A stretch of 64,000 nt of DNA from Gammaproteobacteria bacterium (GCA_963664945.1 OY761822.1:406080-470079), one strand, 5' to 3'. Positions 41,677 to 51,502 are shown, numbered from the stretch's first letter. The notes: a model not told the origin generated them from the sequence alone. Translations and numbers: made by a program.

Positions 41677-42040
41677 TGCGCGCCGCCTTCGCCTTGCGGG
41701 CGATGCGACTGAAGTGACCCTTCAGGCTCCGTTGTAACACCCTGTTCTCCACGCGGGGGGCATTGGCTTTCGCCATGACCACAAAATCCCAGGCCGGCAG
41801 TTCCAGGCAGCGAAAGGTCTCGCGGCTCAGCCGACGCAGCCGATTCCTCGCACAGGCCTTCCTGGCCACGCGTTTGGAGATCGCCAGCCCCAAGCGTGGA
41901 TTATCGCAGGTACCGGGCCTGGCGAGTACCGTAAAATACGCGTCCGTGGATCTTACGGGACGGGCGAATACGCGCCCGAACTCGCGGGGCAGCGTGAGGC
42001 GTTTCCGGCGGCTGAATGTGGCCGGCGGCCGCATGGCCAC
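41669..42040 (-). CDS. rnpA: ribonuclease P protein component
   Basis: ..FSRRKRLT...F..VF... RNase P protein motif. Start is GTG 42040 or ATG 42034. Overlaps the yidC start by 8 nt, and no yidD lies between them. Confidence 0.9.
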   Translation of the reverse strand: MAMRPPATFSRRKRLTLPREFGRVFARPVRSTDAYFTVLARPGTCDNPRLGLAISKRVARKACARNRLRRLSRETFRCLELPAWDFVVMAKANAPRVENRVLQRSLKGHFSRIARKAKAARNG

Positions 42041-42049
42041 GCAACCCTT

Positions 42050-42215
42050 CTAGCAGCCCGTGGCAAAAGTCCCCCGTCGCACCGAGACCGGCGCGGCGCC
42101 CGGTCGGCAAGGCGCGAGGAGGGAGAATATCGGGAATATTCGACCGACTAGCAACGCAGCCGGCCGGGATGCCGCGCCGGTCGAATGCAGGGGGACTTTT
42201 GCCACGGGCTGCTAG
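42050..42215. repeat. 166-bp inverted-repeat (MITE-like / long hairpin) element filling the rpmH-rnpA spacer
   Basis: Perfect 26-bp termini: CTAGCAGCCCGTGGCAAAAGTCCCCC (42050..42075) and its reverse complement (42190..42215). Further internal complementary blocks are 42086..42097/42171..42182 and a central GAATAT/ATATTC pair. Confidence 0.85.
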
Positions 42216-42346
42216 GGAGTGAGCCGCGTGCGTCCCTTCGCTCGCCGGCGCTTGAGCACGAGACGGCCGCCCTTTGTCGCCATACGCGCCCTGAACCCAT
42301 GGGTACGTTTGCGCCTGAGGTTGCTCGGTTGAAAGGTTCTCTTCAT
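42212..42346 (-). CDS. rpmH: 50S ribosomal protein L34
   Basis: Own translation: [44 protein letters not shown]. Too short for the ORF track. Confidence 0.97.
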   Translation of the reverse strand: MKRTFQPSNLRRKRTHGFRARMATKGGRLVLKRRRAKGRTRLTP

Positions 42347-42482
42347 GGGTTGTCCGCATCCCGGTCATGGCCGGTCAGAAAAAGTTTCAAGAAAAACAAG
42401 GACATGTGCTTCGCCAAGGAGGGCAAAACTGTACGCGCGCGAAGTAGGCCTGTCAATAGCGATATGTCAAGACCCCAGGGCT

Positions 42483-44557
42483 ATTTCACGCTAGCCGGAA
42501 GTCGGTGATTTGAGGGATTGGTCGCGGGGGTCTGGCTTTTCGGCGTTGTTTGGTGTACAACGTGCTGCATGTCGGTGGAATTCGACAAGGCGGCGGTGCT
42601 GGTCGGGGAGGTTGAGGTGCGTCCGGTCCGCGCGGACGAGCGGCGGCGCTGGGATGCGCTGATGGACGAGCACCACTACCTGGGCTTCCGGCAGTTTGCG
42701 GGGCGCGGTCTGCGCCATGTTGCGGAGTGGCGCGGCCACTGGCTGGCGCTGCTGGGCTGGCAGTCGGGGGCGTTCAAGTGCGCCCCGCGGGACCGCTGGC
42801 TGGGTTGGCACCGTTCGGTGCAGTTTCGGCGCCTGCACCTGATCGGGAACAACACGCGGTTTTTGGTGCTGCCGGCGGCGTCGGGGGTGTCCAACCTGGC
42901 GTCGCGGGCGCTGTCGCGGAGCGTGCGGCGACTGAGCGGGGACTGGGCGGCGCTGCACGGCCATCCGCTGGAGTTGGCCGAGACGTTCGTGGACCCGGCG
43001 CGGTTCCGGGGCACGTGCTACGCCGCGTCGAACTGGACGCGGGTGGGCCGCACGAAGGGCTTCGCGCGCCACAACGGGTCGTACACGGACCCGCACCGGG
43101 TGCCGAAGATGATGTACGTGCGGGTGTTGCGCCGGGATGCGCGGGGGCGGCTCGCGGACCCGGCGGACCGCCCGGAGTGGTCGTGCCGGGCGGTGCCGGT
43201 GCGCTACACGCGCGCCGAGTTGCGTTCGCTGCGCGACCTGTTCGCGGAGGTGCCGGACGCGCGCCGCGGGCAGGGCCGCAAGCACCGCCTCGCGACAGTG
43301 CTGGCGATCTGCGCGCTGGCGCGGCTCGCCGGGCAGCACGGCCCGGTGGCGACTGAGCGCTTCGCGAGGAACCTGGAGCAGAAGGAACTGCGCGCGCTGG
43401 GCGCGTGGCGCGACCCGGCGGCGGGGCGCTGGGTGGCGCCGTCGGACTCGACCGTCTGCCGGGTGCTGATGAACACCGACCCGGACGCGTTGCAGGAGGT
43501 GCTGTCGCGGTGGGCGGCGCCGCGCCTCGCGGCGGCGGACGACCCGCCGGCGCTCGCCGCCGACGGCAAGCGCATCCGCGGCGCCAACCGGCACACCGAC
43601 GACGCCACGTACTTCGAGACGGTGACGCTGGTCACCCACGGCGGGCGCCCCGTCGCGAGCCGCTGCTGCCGCGACGACGGCGGCGAGATCGCGGCCCTGT
43701 GCGCCCTGCTCGAGGATGTTGACCTGCGCGGCTGCGTACTCACCCTGGACGCCCTGCACGCCACCCGCGACACCGCGCGGGCCATCGTCGAGACGCACGG
43801 CGCCGACTACGTGCTGTCGGTCAAGGCGAACTGCCCCGACACCTTCGCCCAACTCGCGGCGATCGACTGGGACGGTGACGACGTGCGCCGCCACGCCGAC
43901 GAACCCGCGAAGGCGCACGGGCGCATCGAGGCGCGCCGCATCGCGGCGCGCGACCTGCCGCCGAAGACGCTCGGACCCTTCCCCAGCGCCCGCCAGGCGT
44001 TCCGCGTCGTGCGCGAACGCACCGACGCGAAGACCGGCGCAACCTCGGCCGAGACCGCCCACGGCATCACGACGGTGCCCGCCGAACGCGCCGGTCCGGC
44101 GCGGCTGCTGGCCTGGAACCGCGGCCATTGGCAGGTCGAGAACGGCAACCACTACCGCCGCGACGCCACCATGGGCGAGGACGCCAGCCGCGTCCGCAAG
44201 GGCCACGCGCCCGCCAACAACGCCATCTTGAACAACATCGCGCTCGCCGTCGTGTTCCACCGCGGCTTCCGCTACCTGCCCGAGGCGAACCTCCACTTCA
44301 TGATGCGCCGCGCAGACGCGCTCGACGCCATCCTGTCCCCGCACTGAGACACCCGGACCCGCCGCCGCAAAAACCCCACACCCCCCCGGCATACGCCGCC
44401 GGCGACCCCTCGCGACGCGTTCCCGGACCCGCTTCCCCACCCGCCCGCTCGCGACCAGGCCGCGTTCCATGCCTCGACACGGCACCCTCGACACGCCTTG
44501 TCCTCCGAGCGGCCCGCGGAACGCCGCTTAGCCCGGCGTCGATCCGTAGCGTGAAAT
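42483..44557 (+). mobile_element. ISAs1-family-like insertion sequence (~2.1 kb)
   Basis: Terminal inverted repeat core ATTTCACGCTA (42483..42493) and TAGCGTGAAAT (44547..44557). Single transposase ORF. Markedly higher GC than the surroundings. Confidence 0.7.
42569..44347 (+). CDS. ISAs1-type DDE transposase with DUF4338-like N-terminal domain
   Basis: C-terminal half has ..FAEVPDARRGQGRKHRLATVL.. and ..TLDALHATRDTARAIVETHGADYVLSVKAN.., which are H-repeat/ISAs1 patterns. The N-terminal ~200 aa (..HHYLGF....RFLVLP...ETFVDP.RF.GTCY.A.NW..) resemble DUF4338. ATG 42569. Confidence 0.75.
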   Translation: MSVEFDKAAVLVGEVEVRPVRADERRRWDALMDEHHYLGFRQFAGRGLRHVAEWRGHWLALLGWQSGAFKCAPRDRWLGWHRSVQFRRLHLIGNNTRFLVLPAASGVSNLASRALSRSVRRLSGDWAALHGHPLELAETFVDPARFRGTCYAASNWTRVGRTKGFARHNGSYTDPHRVPKMMYVRVLRRDARGRLADPADRPEWSCRAVPVRYTRAELRSLRDLFAEVPDARRGQGRKHRLATVLAICALARLAGQHGPVATERFARNLEQKELRALGAWRDPAAGRWVAPSDSTVCRVLMNTDPDALQEVLSRWAAPRLAAADDPPALAADGKRIRGANRHTDDATYFETVTLVTHGGRPVASRCCRDDGGEIAALCALLEDVDLRGCVLTLDALHATRDTARAIVETHGADYVLSVKANCPDTFAQLAAIDWDGDDVRRHADEPAKAHGRIEARRIAARDLPPKTLGPFPSARQAFRVVRERTDAKTGATSAETAHGITTVPAERAGPARLLAWNRGHWQVENGNHYRRDATMGEDASRVRKGHAPANNAILNNIALAVVFHRGFRYLPEANLHFMMRRADALDAILSPH

Positions 44558-44633
44558 CATCCTGGTCAAGACCCTGGTGTCAGACCCTGGTGTCAACCCT
44601 GGGACGCTTGAGAAGAGCGGAATCAGTGGCACG

Positions 44634-44969
44634 ATGATCGGCAGAACGATTCTGTCGATTGTCGCGGTCTTCTTGACGTGTGCATGTCAGAGTGGTCTCT
44701 CGATGCGGGACAGTGCCGCTTTCTTGTCCATGGACGTGGCTGTGCCGAACAACGCGCCATTGTCGACACACGAGTTTGAGTCACCCGTGCGGGCGGGACG
44801 TTTTTCTTACAAGCCGGGAAGGGCCCGAAGGCCGGGGTGGAGCGTACCCGACTCAGAAATGGACTTGAATGGGCATGTCTTGTCAAGGACTGATTCAAGG
44901 CCCTCACGGCGGGCAGTGGCGACAACGCGAGCAAGTGACGACTGTCAACCGGCAGCGACCTTCAGTTGA
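44634..44969 (+). CDS. hypothetical small lipoprotein (weak call)
   Basis: MIGRTILSIVAVFLTCAC.. resembles a signal peptide with lipobox. Overlaps the purK 3' end by 25 nt. No family recognised. Confidence 0.25.
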   Translation: MIGRTILSIVAVFLTCACQSGLSMRDSAAFLSMDVAVPNNAPLSTHEFESPVRAGRFSYKPGRARRPGWSVPDSEMDLNGHVLSRTDSRPSRRAVATTRASDDCQPAATFS

Positions 44970-46027
44970 TCGAGTGCCTCGATGGCTTCGTTCCGGGTTG
45001 GGCGGAGAATGGTGCAGTGACCCAGTTTGCGGCCGGGGCGGGGCGTCTTGCCGTAGTCGTGGAGGTGGGCGCCGGGGATGGCGAGGACGGCGGTCGGGGC
45101 GGGCATCCGGCCGATGAGGTTGAGCATGGCGGCGTGGCCTCGGGTCCCGATGCTGCCAAGGGGCAGGCCGAGCACTCCGCGCAGGTGGTTCTCGAACTGG
45201 CTGGTTTCGGCGCCTTCAATGGTCCAGTGGCCGGAGTTGTGGACCCGGGGGGCGATCTCGTTGGCGACGAGTCCGGCGCCGGTGTGGAAGAACTCGACCG
45301 TGAGCACGCCGCGGTAGTTGAAGCGGTTCATCAGTGCCGTCAGCCATGCTTCGGCGGTGCGTTGCAGTTCGGCGTCCTGGTACGGGGCCACGGTGGTGCT
45401 CAGGATTCCACGGATGTGGACGTTTTCCGAAAGCGGGTAGAAGGCCGTCTGTCCGGCGCCGCCGCGCACGCCGATGAGGGACAGCTCCCGGTCGAAGCGC
45501 ACCCAGCCCTCGGCGATGGACGGGACGTGGTTCAGCTCCGACCAGGCGGCGGCAAGTTCCGCCGCCGAATGGACGATGCGCTGGCTCTTGCCGTCGTAGC
45601 CCAGGCGGCGGGCCTTGAGGACCTGCGGCCAGCCCAGTTCCGCCTCGGCGCGGCGAAGGTCGGCGTCCTCGCTCACGGCGACGTACGGCGCCGTGGGAAT
45701 GCCCGCACTGCGCAGCAGGCGTTTCTCCTCCAGGCGGTCCTGACCGGCGGCGAGGGCGTCGACGGAGGGATGGACGGGGGCGCCGGCGCCGGCTCGCTTC
45801 AGGGCCTCGACCGGCACGTTCTCGAATTCGAAGGTCACCACGTCGGACTGGCCGGCGAGGGCATCCAGCAGGGCGTTGTCGTCGAGTCCGCCCTCGAGTA
45901 TCCGGCTCACCTGGCCGGCGGGCGAATCCTTCCCGCCGCCGGCGAATACGCAGTCGATGCCGAGCGGGTAGCCGGCCAATGCGAGCATTCGGCCCAGTTG
46001 GCCGGCGCCGAGGATGCCGACCCTCAT
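44945..46027 (-). CDS. purK: 5-(carboxyamino)imidazole ribonucleotide synthase
   Basis: MRVGILGAGQLGRMLA.. ATP-grasp fold. Followed by purE upstream. Confidence 0.93.
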   Translation of the reverse strand: MRVGILGAGQLGRMLALAGYPLGIDCVFAGGGKDSPAGQVSRILEGGLDDNALLDALAGQSDVVTFEFENVPVEALKRAGAGAPVHPSVDALAAGQDRLEEKRLLRSAGIPTAPYVAVSEDADLRRAEAELGWPQVLKARRLGYDGKSQRIVHSAAELAAAWSELNHVPSIAEGWVRFDRELSLIGVRGGAGQTAFYPLSENVHIRGILSTTVAPYQDAELQRTAEAWLTALMNRFNYRGVLTVEFFHTGAGLVANEIAPRVHNSGHWTIEGAETSQFENHLRGVLGLPLGSIGTRGHAAMLNLIGRMPAPTAVLAIPGAHLHDYGKTPRPGRKLGHCTILRPTRNEAIEALDQLKVAAG

Positions 46028-46028
46028 T

Positions 46029-46523
46029 TCAGGAGCTGTCGGTGGGAGTCGGGTTGCTCAGCACGCCGGAGGTCTGGGCCTCCCGGTACGCCCTGAGCGC
46101 GGCGCCGACTCTCGGGTGTTTGATGGCGAGAATCGCGCCCGCCAACAGCGCCGCGTTGATCGCGCCCGCCTTGCCGATGGCCAGTGTGCCCACGGGAATG
46201 CCGGCAGGCATCTGGGCGATCGAAAGCAGCGAGTCGATGCCGCTGAGCATCCGCGACTGAACCGGAACGCCGAGTACGGGCAGCAACGTCTTGGCCGCGG
46301 TCATCCCCGGCAGGTGAGCTGCGCCCCCGGCGCCGGCAATGATCACTTCGAGCCCCCGGTCGGCGGCGGCGCCGGCGTATTCGAACAGCAGGTCGGGCGT
46401 TCGATGGGCGGAGACGATACGGACCTCATGGGGAATCTCCAGCGTCTCCAGCGTCTCCGCCGCGTGGCGCATGGTGTCCCAGTCGGACTGCGATCCCATG
46501 ATGATCCCGGCCAGCGGCTTCAT
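46029..46523 (-). CDS. purE: 5-(carboxyamino)imidazole ribonucleotide mutase
   Basis: ..[12 protein letters not shown]....VSAHRTP....[10 protein letters not shown].. Start is ATG 46523 or 46541. Confidence 0.95.
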   Translation of the reverse strand: MKPLAGIIMGSQSDWDTMRHAAETLETLEIPHEVRIVSAHRTPDLLFEYAGAAADRGLEVIIAGAGGAAHLPGMTAAKTLLPVLGVPVQSRMLSGIDSLLSIAQMPAGIPVGTLAIGKAGAINAALLAGAILAIKHPRVGAALRAYREAQTSGVLSNPTPTDSS

Positions 46524-46746
46524 CGCGGCATTGTACCGCACAGGGGGGAGAGTTTTCGCCGCGGGCGGTCCACGAAGTCACGCTTGCCGGCAACCTCAAG
46601 GATGTATTCAAGGGCGTCCTGAAGGTGGGTTCCGATGTGGATACGCGCGGCGGCATCCGCTGCGGTTCTGTGCGGGTGGAGGGATTGACCGTCGCAGGAA
46701 CGTAGCCAGGCACACGAGCGACAAACCGCGCAATGACAACGCGCAA

Positions 46747-46986
46747 TCAGTGGCCTTCCATTGCGGCATGGAGTTCTTCACGACTTGCGATGTCGACCTG
46801 GGTGCCGCCGCTGGACCAGGAGGGTGACCTTGGCAGACTCTTGCCATCGCCCCCTGGATCCTCTCTCTCGTCCAATACGCGCCGAAGGCCGGCTTCCACC
46901 AGCGCCGACATGGTTACGCCCCGACGGGCTGCTTCTTCACGGAGCCGGTGCATGACGCCGTCATCAATGTTCAATGTGGTATTCAT
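46747..46986 (-). CDS. orphan VapB-type (DUF2191-like) antitoxin
   Basis: MNTTLNIDDGVMHRLREEAARRGVTMSALVEAGLRRVL.. No intact PIN or other toxin ORF lies in the 205 bp downstream. Confidence 0.65.
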   Translation of the reverse strand: MNTTLNIDDGVMHRLREEAARRGVTMSALVEAGLRRVLDEREDPGGDGKSLPRSPSWSSGGTQVDIASREELHAAMEGH

Positions 46987-46999
46987 ATGGAAACCCCTA

Positions 47000-47737
47000 T
47001 CAACGAGATGGAAATCTGTCAAACCAAAGCTCAATCACGTGGCCGTCGATGCGGATCACCGATCGCGGGTGCCTTGAAGCCTTCGAGTCGGCTTCGTATT
47101 TCCGCTTGTCTGCGTACTTTCTCTGAAGTCGCGGTACCTCCTCCTTGGCTCCCTGAACCGCCAAGTCTCGACGTGACTGCCGGTAGAGCCGCAGAAATGC
47201 CTTCCCTCGTCGCCCATCGCCAGCTTCCAGCCACTTGAAGCGTTTCCGAATATCCCCGGAAATCCTGAATCGGCTTTCAACCTGCTCCAGAGTCGCTGCC
47301 ACACGGGCGGCAAGCTCGTCGGCATCCGTTTCCGGATTTACCGTGAACGAAAGCTGGGATTTCGGGCCAAGGCGCCGCCAAGCGTTTCCCGCAAGTTCGA
47401 GTTTCTTCCGTGTGGGCATTCGGGGAGGCAGCAAATCGAACAGGCGCTTTTCGACAGGGTCGGGAATCCTGACCGAGCGCGCGCGCCACTTGGGCAGCCA
47501 TTTCCTGGCGTACGCGTCGGCGTCGGCTCCATATCGCTCCTTGTAGTCCATCAGGACCGGGCGCAACTCCCTGTAGGTCAGGCTGAAAAAGTACTCCCGG
47601 ATATCGGCATCAGTCTCAACGGCGTCATCCGGGGCCAACATGACCTGCCCGAATAGCAACCCTACGGCTTTCAATATCCAGTGGACCGGTGCGTACCAAA
47701 TGCGGTCGCTCAGGAATTCTCCGCGACGTGGTCTCAA
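47000..47737 (-). CDS. hypothetical protein
   Basis: 245-aa ORF with lower GC than its neighbours and no motif recognised. Start uncertain (TTG 47737 or internal ATG). Confidence 0.5.
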   Translation of the reverse strand: MRPRRGEFLSDRIWYAPVHWILKAVGLLFGQVMLAPDDAVETDADIREYFFSLTYRELRPVLMDYKERYGADADAYARKWLPKWRARSVRIPDPVEKRLFDLLPPRMPTRKKLELAGNAWRRLGPKSQLSFTVNPETDADELAARVAATLEQVESRFRISGDIRKRFKWLEAGDGRRGKAFLRLYRQSRRDLAVQGAKEEVPRLQRKYADKRKYEADSKASRHPRSVIRIDGHVIELWFDRFPSR

Positions 47738-47800
47738 TCGGTCATCTCCATGGACGGCCGCCTGGAAGCTGGCGACGCTGACATCACGGCAAGCGGCACT

Positions 47801-48727
47801 TCAGTCGTCGCCCGTCAACCGCTGCAGCACTTCCCGGTACTTGTCGCACGTGCGCCGGATCACGCTTTCCGGGAGTCGAGGGCCGGGCGGTTTCTTGTCC
47901 CAGTCCAGCGTTTCCAGGTAGTCCCGGACGAACTGCTTGTCGAAGCTCTCCGGCGAGCGTCCGGGCGCGTAGGTGGCGGCGGGCCAGAAGCGCGACGAGT
48001 CGGGGGTGAAGACTTCGTCGATCAACAGCAACCGGCCGTCCTCGTCCAGTCCGAATTCGAACTTGGTGTCGGCGAGGATGATGCCGCGCTCGCGGGCGTA
48101 GTCGCTGGCGTGGGCGTAGAGTTCCAGGGACAGCGCCTCGATCCGGTCGGCAAGCTCGCGGCCGATCAGCGTTCTGACCGTTTCCATGGAGATATTCTCG
48201 TCATGTGCGCCCTGGGCCGCCTTGGTGCTGGGCGTGAAGATGGGCTCGGCGAGTCGCTCTGCAATCTCCATACCCGCAGGCAGGGCGATTCCGCACACCT
48301 GCCCCGTGGCGCGGTAGTCCTTCCAGCCGGACCCGATGAGATATCCGCGAACGACCGCCTCCACCAGCAATGGCCGCGCACGTCTGACCACCACCGCCCG
48401 GTCGCGCACGATGGTGCGGTCCGAGGGGTCGTCGAGCACGCTCGCCGGGTCGATGCCCGTCAGGTGGTTGGCGACGATGCCCCCGAGCCGGGCGAACCAG
48501 AAATTGGCCACGGCGGTGAGCACGATGCCCTTGCCGGGGATCGGGTCGGGCAGCACCACGTCGAAGGCCGACAGCCGGTCGGAGGCGACGATCAGCAGGT
48601 GTTCGGCGTCCACGCGGTAGATGTCCCTGACCTTGCCGCGATGCAGCCGTTCAAGGCCGCGGAGGCGGGATTCGAACAGCAGTTCGGGGAGGGAATCGAT
48701 CATGGGTCCGGGACCATCCTTGGGCAT
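47801..48727 (-). CDS. purC: phosphoribosylaminoimidazole-succinocarboxamide synthase
   Basis: ..GKVRDIY......ASDRLSAFD.. Long-form SAICAR synthetase. Confidence 0.93.
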   Translation of the reverse strand: MPKDGPGPMIDSLPELLFESRLRGLERLHRGKVRDIYRVDAEHLLIVASDRLSAFDVVLPDPIPGKGIVLTAVANFWFARLGGIVANHLTGIDPASVLDDPSDRTIVRDRAVVVRRARPLLVEAVVRGYLIGSGWKDYRATGQVCGIALPAGMEIAERLAEPIFTPSTKAAQGAHDENISMETVRTLIGRELADRIEALSLELYAHASDYARERGIILADTKFEFGLDEDGRLLLIDEVFTPDSSRFWPAATYAPGRSPESFDKQFVRDYLETLDWDKKPPGPRLPESVIRRTCDKYREVLQRLTGDD

Positions 48728-48850
48728 GGAATCGTGCGGGGGTTATCCGGCAGCGCGCAAAGTCGGGATAATGGCCCGGCAGATGGCCATTCAGCAACAC
48801 CTGGGAACAATTCCGCGCGTGCGTGGCGCGAATTCGCAGTCGGTGACCGG

Positions 48851-49636
48851 ATGATCTGGGTCGGCAAGGCGGTGGGCGGCGTGCTGGGACTGATGGTCGG
48901 CAGCTACGTCGGCGCGGCGGTGGGCCTCCTGGTCGGGCACCAGTTCGACCGCGGCCTGGCGAAGCAGACCCGGGCCGGGCAGTCGGCCGCTTTCACGCCG
49001 GAGCACATCCAGGCGGCCTTCTTCCGCGCGACCTTTGCCGTCATGGGCCACATCGCCAAGGCCGACGGCCGGGTGTCGGAGACGGAAATTCGCGCCGCGC
49101 GGCTGGTCATGCACGGCATGAAGCTGTCGCCGGCGCAGGTGGAAAGCGCGGTCGGGCACTTCACCGAAGGCAAGAGTCCGGGCTTTCCGCTGGATGCGAC
49201 GGTGAGACGGCTGCACGGTCTGTTGGCGGACCGGCCGGACCTGACCCGGGCGTACGTGGAAATCCAGATGCAGGCGGCGGTCGCCGCGGGCTCCATCGGC
49301 CGGACCAAGCGGGATCTGCTGTGGCAGGTGGCCCGCGGCCTGGGACTGGGGCGGGTCGAACTGGCACAGATCGAGGCGCTGGCGCGCGCGCACCAGGCGC
49401 GCGGCGCGGGCAAGGATTTCGTGAGTCTTGAAGACGCCTACAGCGTCCTCGGGGTCGAGCCTGGCGCCAGCGACCACGAGGTCAAGACGGCCTATCGCCG
49501 GCTCATGAACCAGCATCACCCGGACAAGCTGGTTTCACGGGGATTGCCCGAGTCCATGATGGGCGTGGCGGAACAAAAGACCCAGGAAATCCGCGCCGCC
49601 TACGACCGGATCAAGTCTCGGCGGGACTTCAGGTGA
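48851..49636 (+). CDS. djlA: co-chaperone DjlA
   Basis: N-terminal TM segment, TerB-like middle region, C-terminal J-domain (..YRRLMNQHHPDKL..). Only the 3' third of the 651-aa track ORF is real. Confidence 0.9.
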   Translation: MIWVGKAVGGVLGLMVGSYVGAAVGLLVGHQFDRGLAKQTRAGQSAAFTPEHIQAAFFRATFAVMGHIAKADGRVSETEIRAARLVMHGMKLSPAQVESAVGHFTEGKSPGFPLDATVRRLHGLLADRPDLTRAYVEIQMQAAVAAGSIGRTKRDLLWQVARGLGLGRVELAQIEALARAHQARGAGKDFVSLEDAYSVLGVEPGASDHEVKTAYRRLMNQHHPDKLVSRGLPESMMGVAEQKTQEIRAAYDRIKSRRDFR

Positions 49637-49774
49637 AGTGACCGAGCGGCTTCTCCGGCCCTTGCCGCCCGGGGGACATCGTTCGCGGTGGCGTGTCTCG
49701 CGCGCGGGCAGGACCGGTGATCCGCGTGGGGCGCCGACGATATCGACGAGCTGCGCGTCGCGCCCGCGGGCGGC

Positions 49775-50413
49775 TCAGATCCAGAGCGAGGAGTTACGCA
49801 GCAGGTTGCCCCCAAACGCCATGATCCGCCGCACGGGGTACGGGAGTTCGGCGCCACCGGCAAGCTCGGCGGCGGCGCCATGGTGGGCTTCGTCCTCGCT
49901 CATCTGTTCGAGGATGGCCTTGCTCCTGGCGTCGTCTCCGGACAACCTCGAGAGGTGGTCGTCGAGGTGCGCCTCCACCTGCCGCTCGGTCTCGGCGACG
50001 AAGCCGAGGCTGACACGGTCTCCCGGGACGCCGGCGGCCATGCCCAGGAGGAAACTGCCGGCGTACCAGATCGGGTCCAGCCGGCTTGGCCGGCCGTCGA
50101 GTTCCTCGAGCCGTTGCGCGCACCACGCGAGGTGGTCCTGTTCCTCTTCGGCGGCCTGGAGCAGGTGGCGCCTGGTTTCCTCGGAACGCGCCGTCAGCGA
50201 CTGGCCGCGGTAGAGCGCCTGGGCGGAAATCTCGCCGGCATGATTGACCCGCATCAATGCGATGCTGTTGCGGCGGGCTTCGGGGGTGAGATCGCTGTCG
50301 GGTATTTCCGCGGCTGGTGAGGGACGGGCGGCGGGCGGCGGCGTGGTGAGGGTGCGCAGGGCCTGATCGGCGGCGGCGATCAGGAGGTCGAGTTTATCGC
50401 TTGGGGGGAACAT
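49775..50413 (-). CDS. coq7: demethoxyubiquinone hydroxylase (Coq7 family)
   Basis: ..RVNHAGEISAQALY.. and ..EE.DHL.W.. are the di-iron motifs. Confidence 0.9.
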   Translation of the reverse strand: MFPPSDKLDLLIAAADQALRTLTTPPPAARPSPAAEIPDSDLTPEARRNSIALMRVNHAGEISAQALYRGQSLTARSEETRRHLLQAAEEEQDHLAWCAQRLEELDGRPSRLDPIWYAGSFLLGMAAGVPGDRVSLGFVAETERQVEAHLDDHLSRLSGDDARSKAILEQMSEDEAHHGAAAELAGGAELPYPVRRIMAFGGNLLRNSSLWI

Positions 50414-50444
50414 GGGGGGATTATATCTATTGGGTTTGGTGGGG

Positions 50445-50583
50445 GGGTGTGTGCGGACAGCCCTTTCCGGCTAAAGCGTGCCCCGCCATCCCTGGCGGGG
50501 CACGCATCGGGGGCTCCTCGCTAGTGGCCGTCCCTGGCCCGCTCGTCGCCCACGACGCCGGAAAGGGCTGTCCGCACACACCC
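50445..50583. repeat. MITE/REP-like element, copy 2
   Basis: Same termini as 2663..2805. The reverse complement aligns along the full length with scattered mismatches. Lies in the divergent coq7/rplM promoter region. Confidence 0.8.
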
Positions 50584-50677
50584 TTTTGGGCGCCGCCGGC
50601 GTCTGGCCTTGCGGGGGGGCGCGTCGGCGCGTAATATCGCGCCTCCTCGAAAGGGGGAGCCACGGCTCGGTTGCACA

Positions 50678-51106
50678 GTGAAAACGTTTTCCGCAAAACC
50701 GCACGAAGTTGAGCGCGACTGGTACCTGGTCAACGCGCAGGGCAAGACCCTGGGGCGTCTGGCCAGCGGGATCGCGCGCCGGCTGCGCGGCAAGCACAAG
50801 CCCGAGTACACGCCGCACGTGGATACCGGCGACTACATCGTCGTGGTCAATGCGGAGAAGATTCGGGTCACCGGGACCAAGCTCAAGGACAAGATATATC
50901 ACCGGCATACGGGGTATGTCGGCAATCTCAAGTCCGAAACGCTGCGGGACAAGCTGAAGCGCGAGCCGGAACAGGTGCTCAAGCTGGCGGTCAAGGGCAT
51001 GATGCCGCGCAACCCGCTGGGGCGGCAGATGCTGCGGAAACTCAAGATCGTTCGCGGCGAGGACCATCCTCATGGGGCGCAACAGCCTCGGCCGCTGGAG
51101 TTATAG
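50678..51106 (+). CDS. rplM: 50S ribosomal protein L13
   Basis: (V)[17 protein letters not shown].. with GTG 50678. Confidence 0.96.
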   Translation: MKTFSAKPHEVERDWYLVNAQGKTLGRLASGIARRLRGKHKPEYTPHVDTGDYIVVVNAEKIRVTGTKLKDKIYHRHTGYVGNLKSETLRDKLKREPEQVLKLAVKGMMPRNPLGRQMLRKLKIVRGEDHPHGAQQPRPLEL

Positions 51107-51109
51107 GGT

Positions 51110-51502
51110 ATGAGCGAGCAAGTTTGCTACGGCACGGGCCGCCGCAAGACCTCCACCGCACGGGTATACCTCAAGCCGGGGGCCGGCAGGATCGTGGTGA
51201 ACGGCCGCGAGCTGGACAAGTTCTTCGGCCGCGAGACCGCCCGCATGATCGTGCGCCAGCCGCTGGAGCTGGTTCAACTGGATGGGCGGTTCGACATCGA
51301 CGTGACGGTACGCGGCGGCGGCACGACCGGCCAGGCCGGCGCGATCCGTCACGGCATCACCCGCGCGCTGCTCAAGTACGACGACATGCTCAGGCCGCCG
51401 CTGCGCAAGGCGGGCTTCGTGACCCGGGACGCGCGCGAGGTCGAGCGCAAGAAGGTCGGGCTGCGCAAGGCCCGCAAGGCGACGCAGTACTCGAAGCGTT
51501 AG
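51110..51502 (+). CDS. rpsI: 30S ribosomal protein S9
   Basis: ..[12 protein letters not shown]... and ends ..KATQYSKR. Confidence 0.97.
   Translation: MSEQVCYGTGRRKTSTARVYLKPGAGRIVVNGRELDKFFGRETARMIVRQPLELVQLDGRFDIDVTVRGGGTTGQAGAIRHGITRALLKYDDMLRPPLRKAGFVTRDAREVERKKVGLRKARKATQYSKR

Noticed and set aside
42491-44494. 667-aa minus-strand ORF covering the IS
   Set aside because: It is antisense to the transposase, which has clear DDE/ISAs1 motifs. The translation is an Arg/Pro/Ala-rich repeat-like sequence with no motifs.
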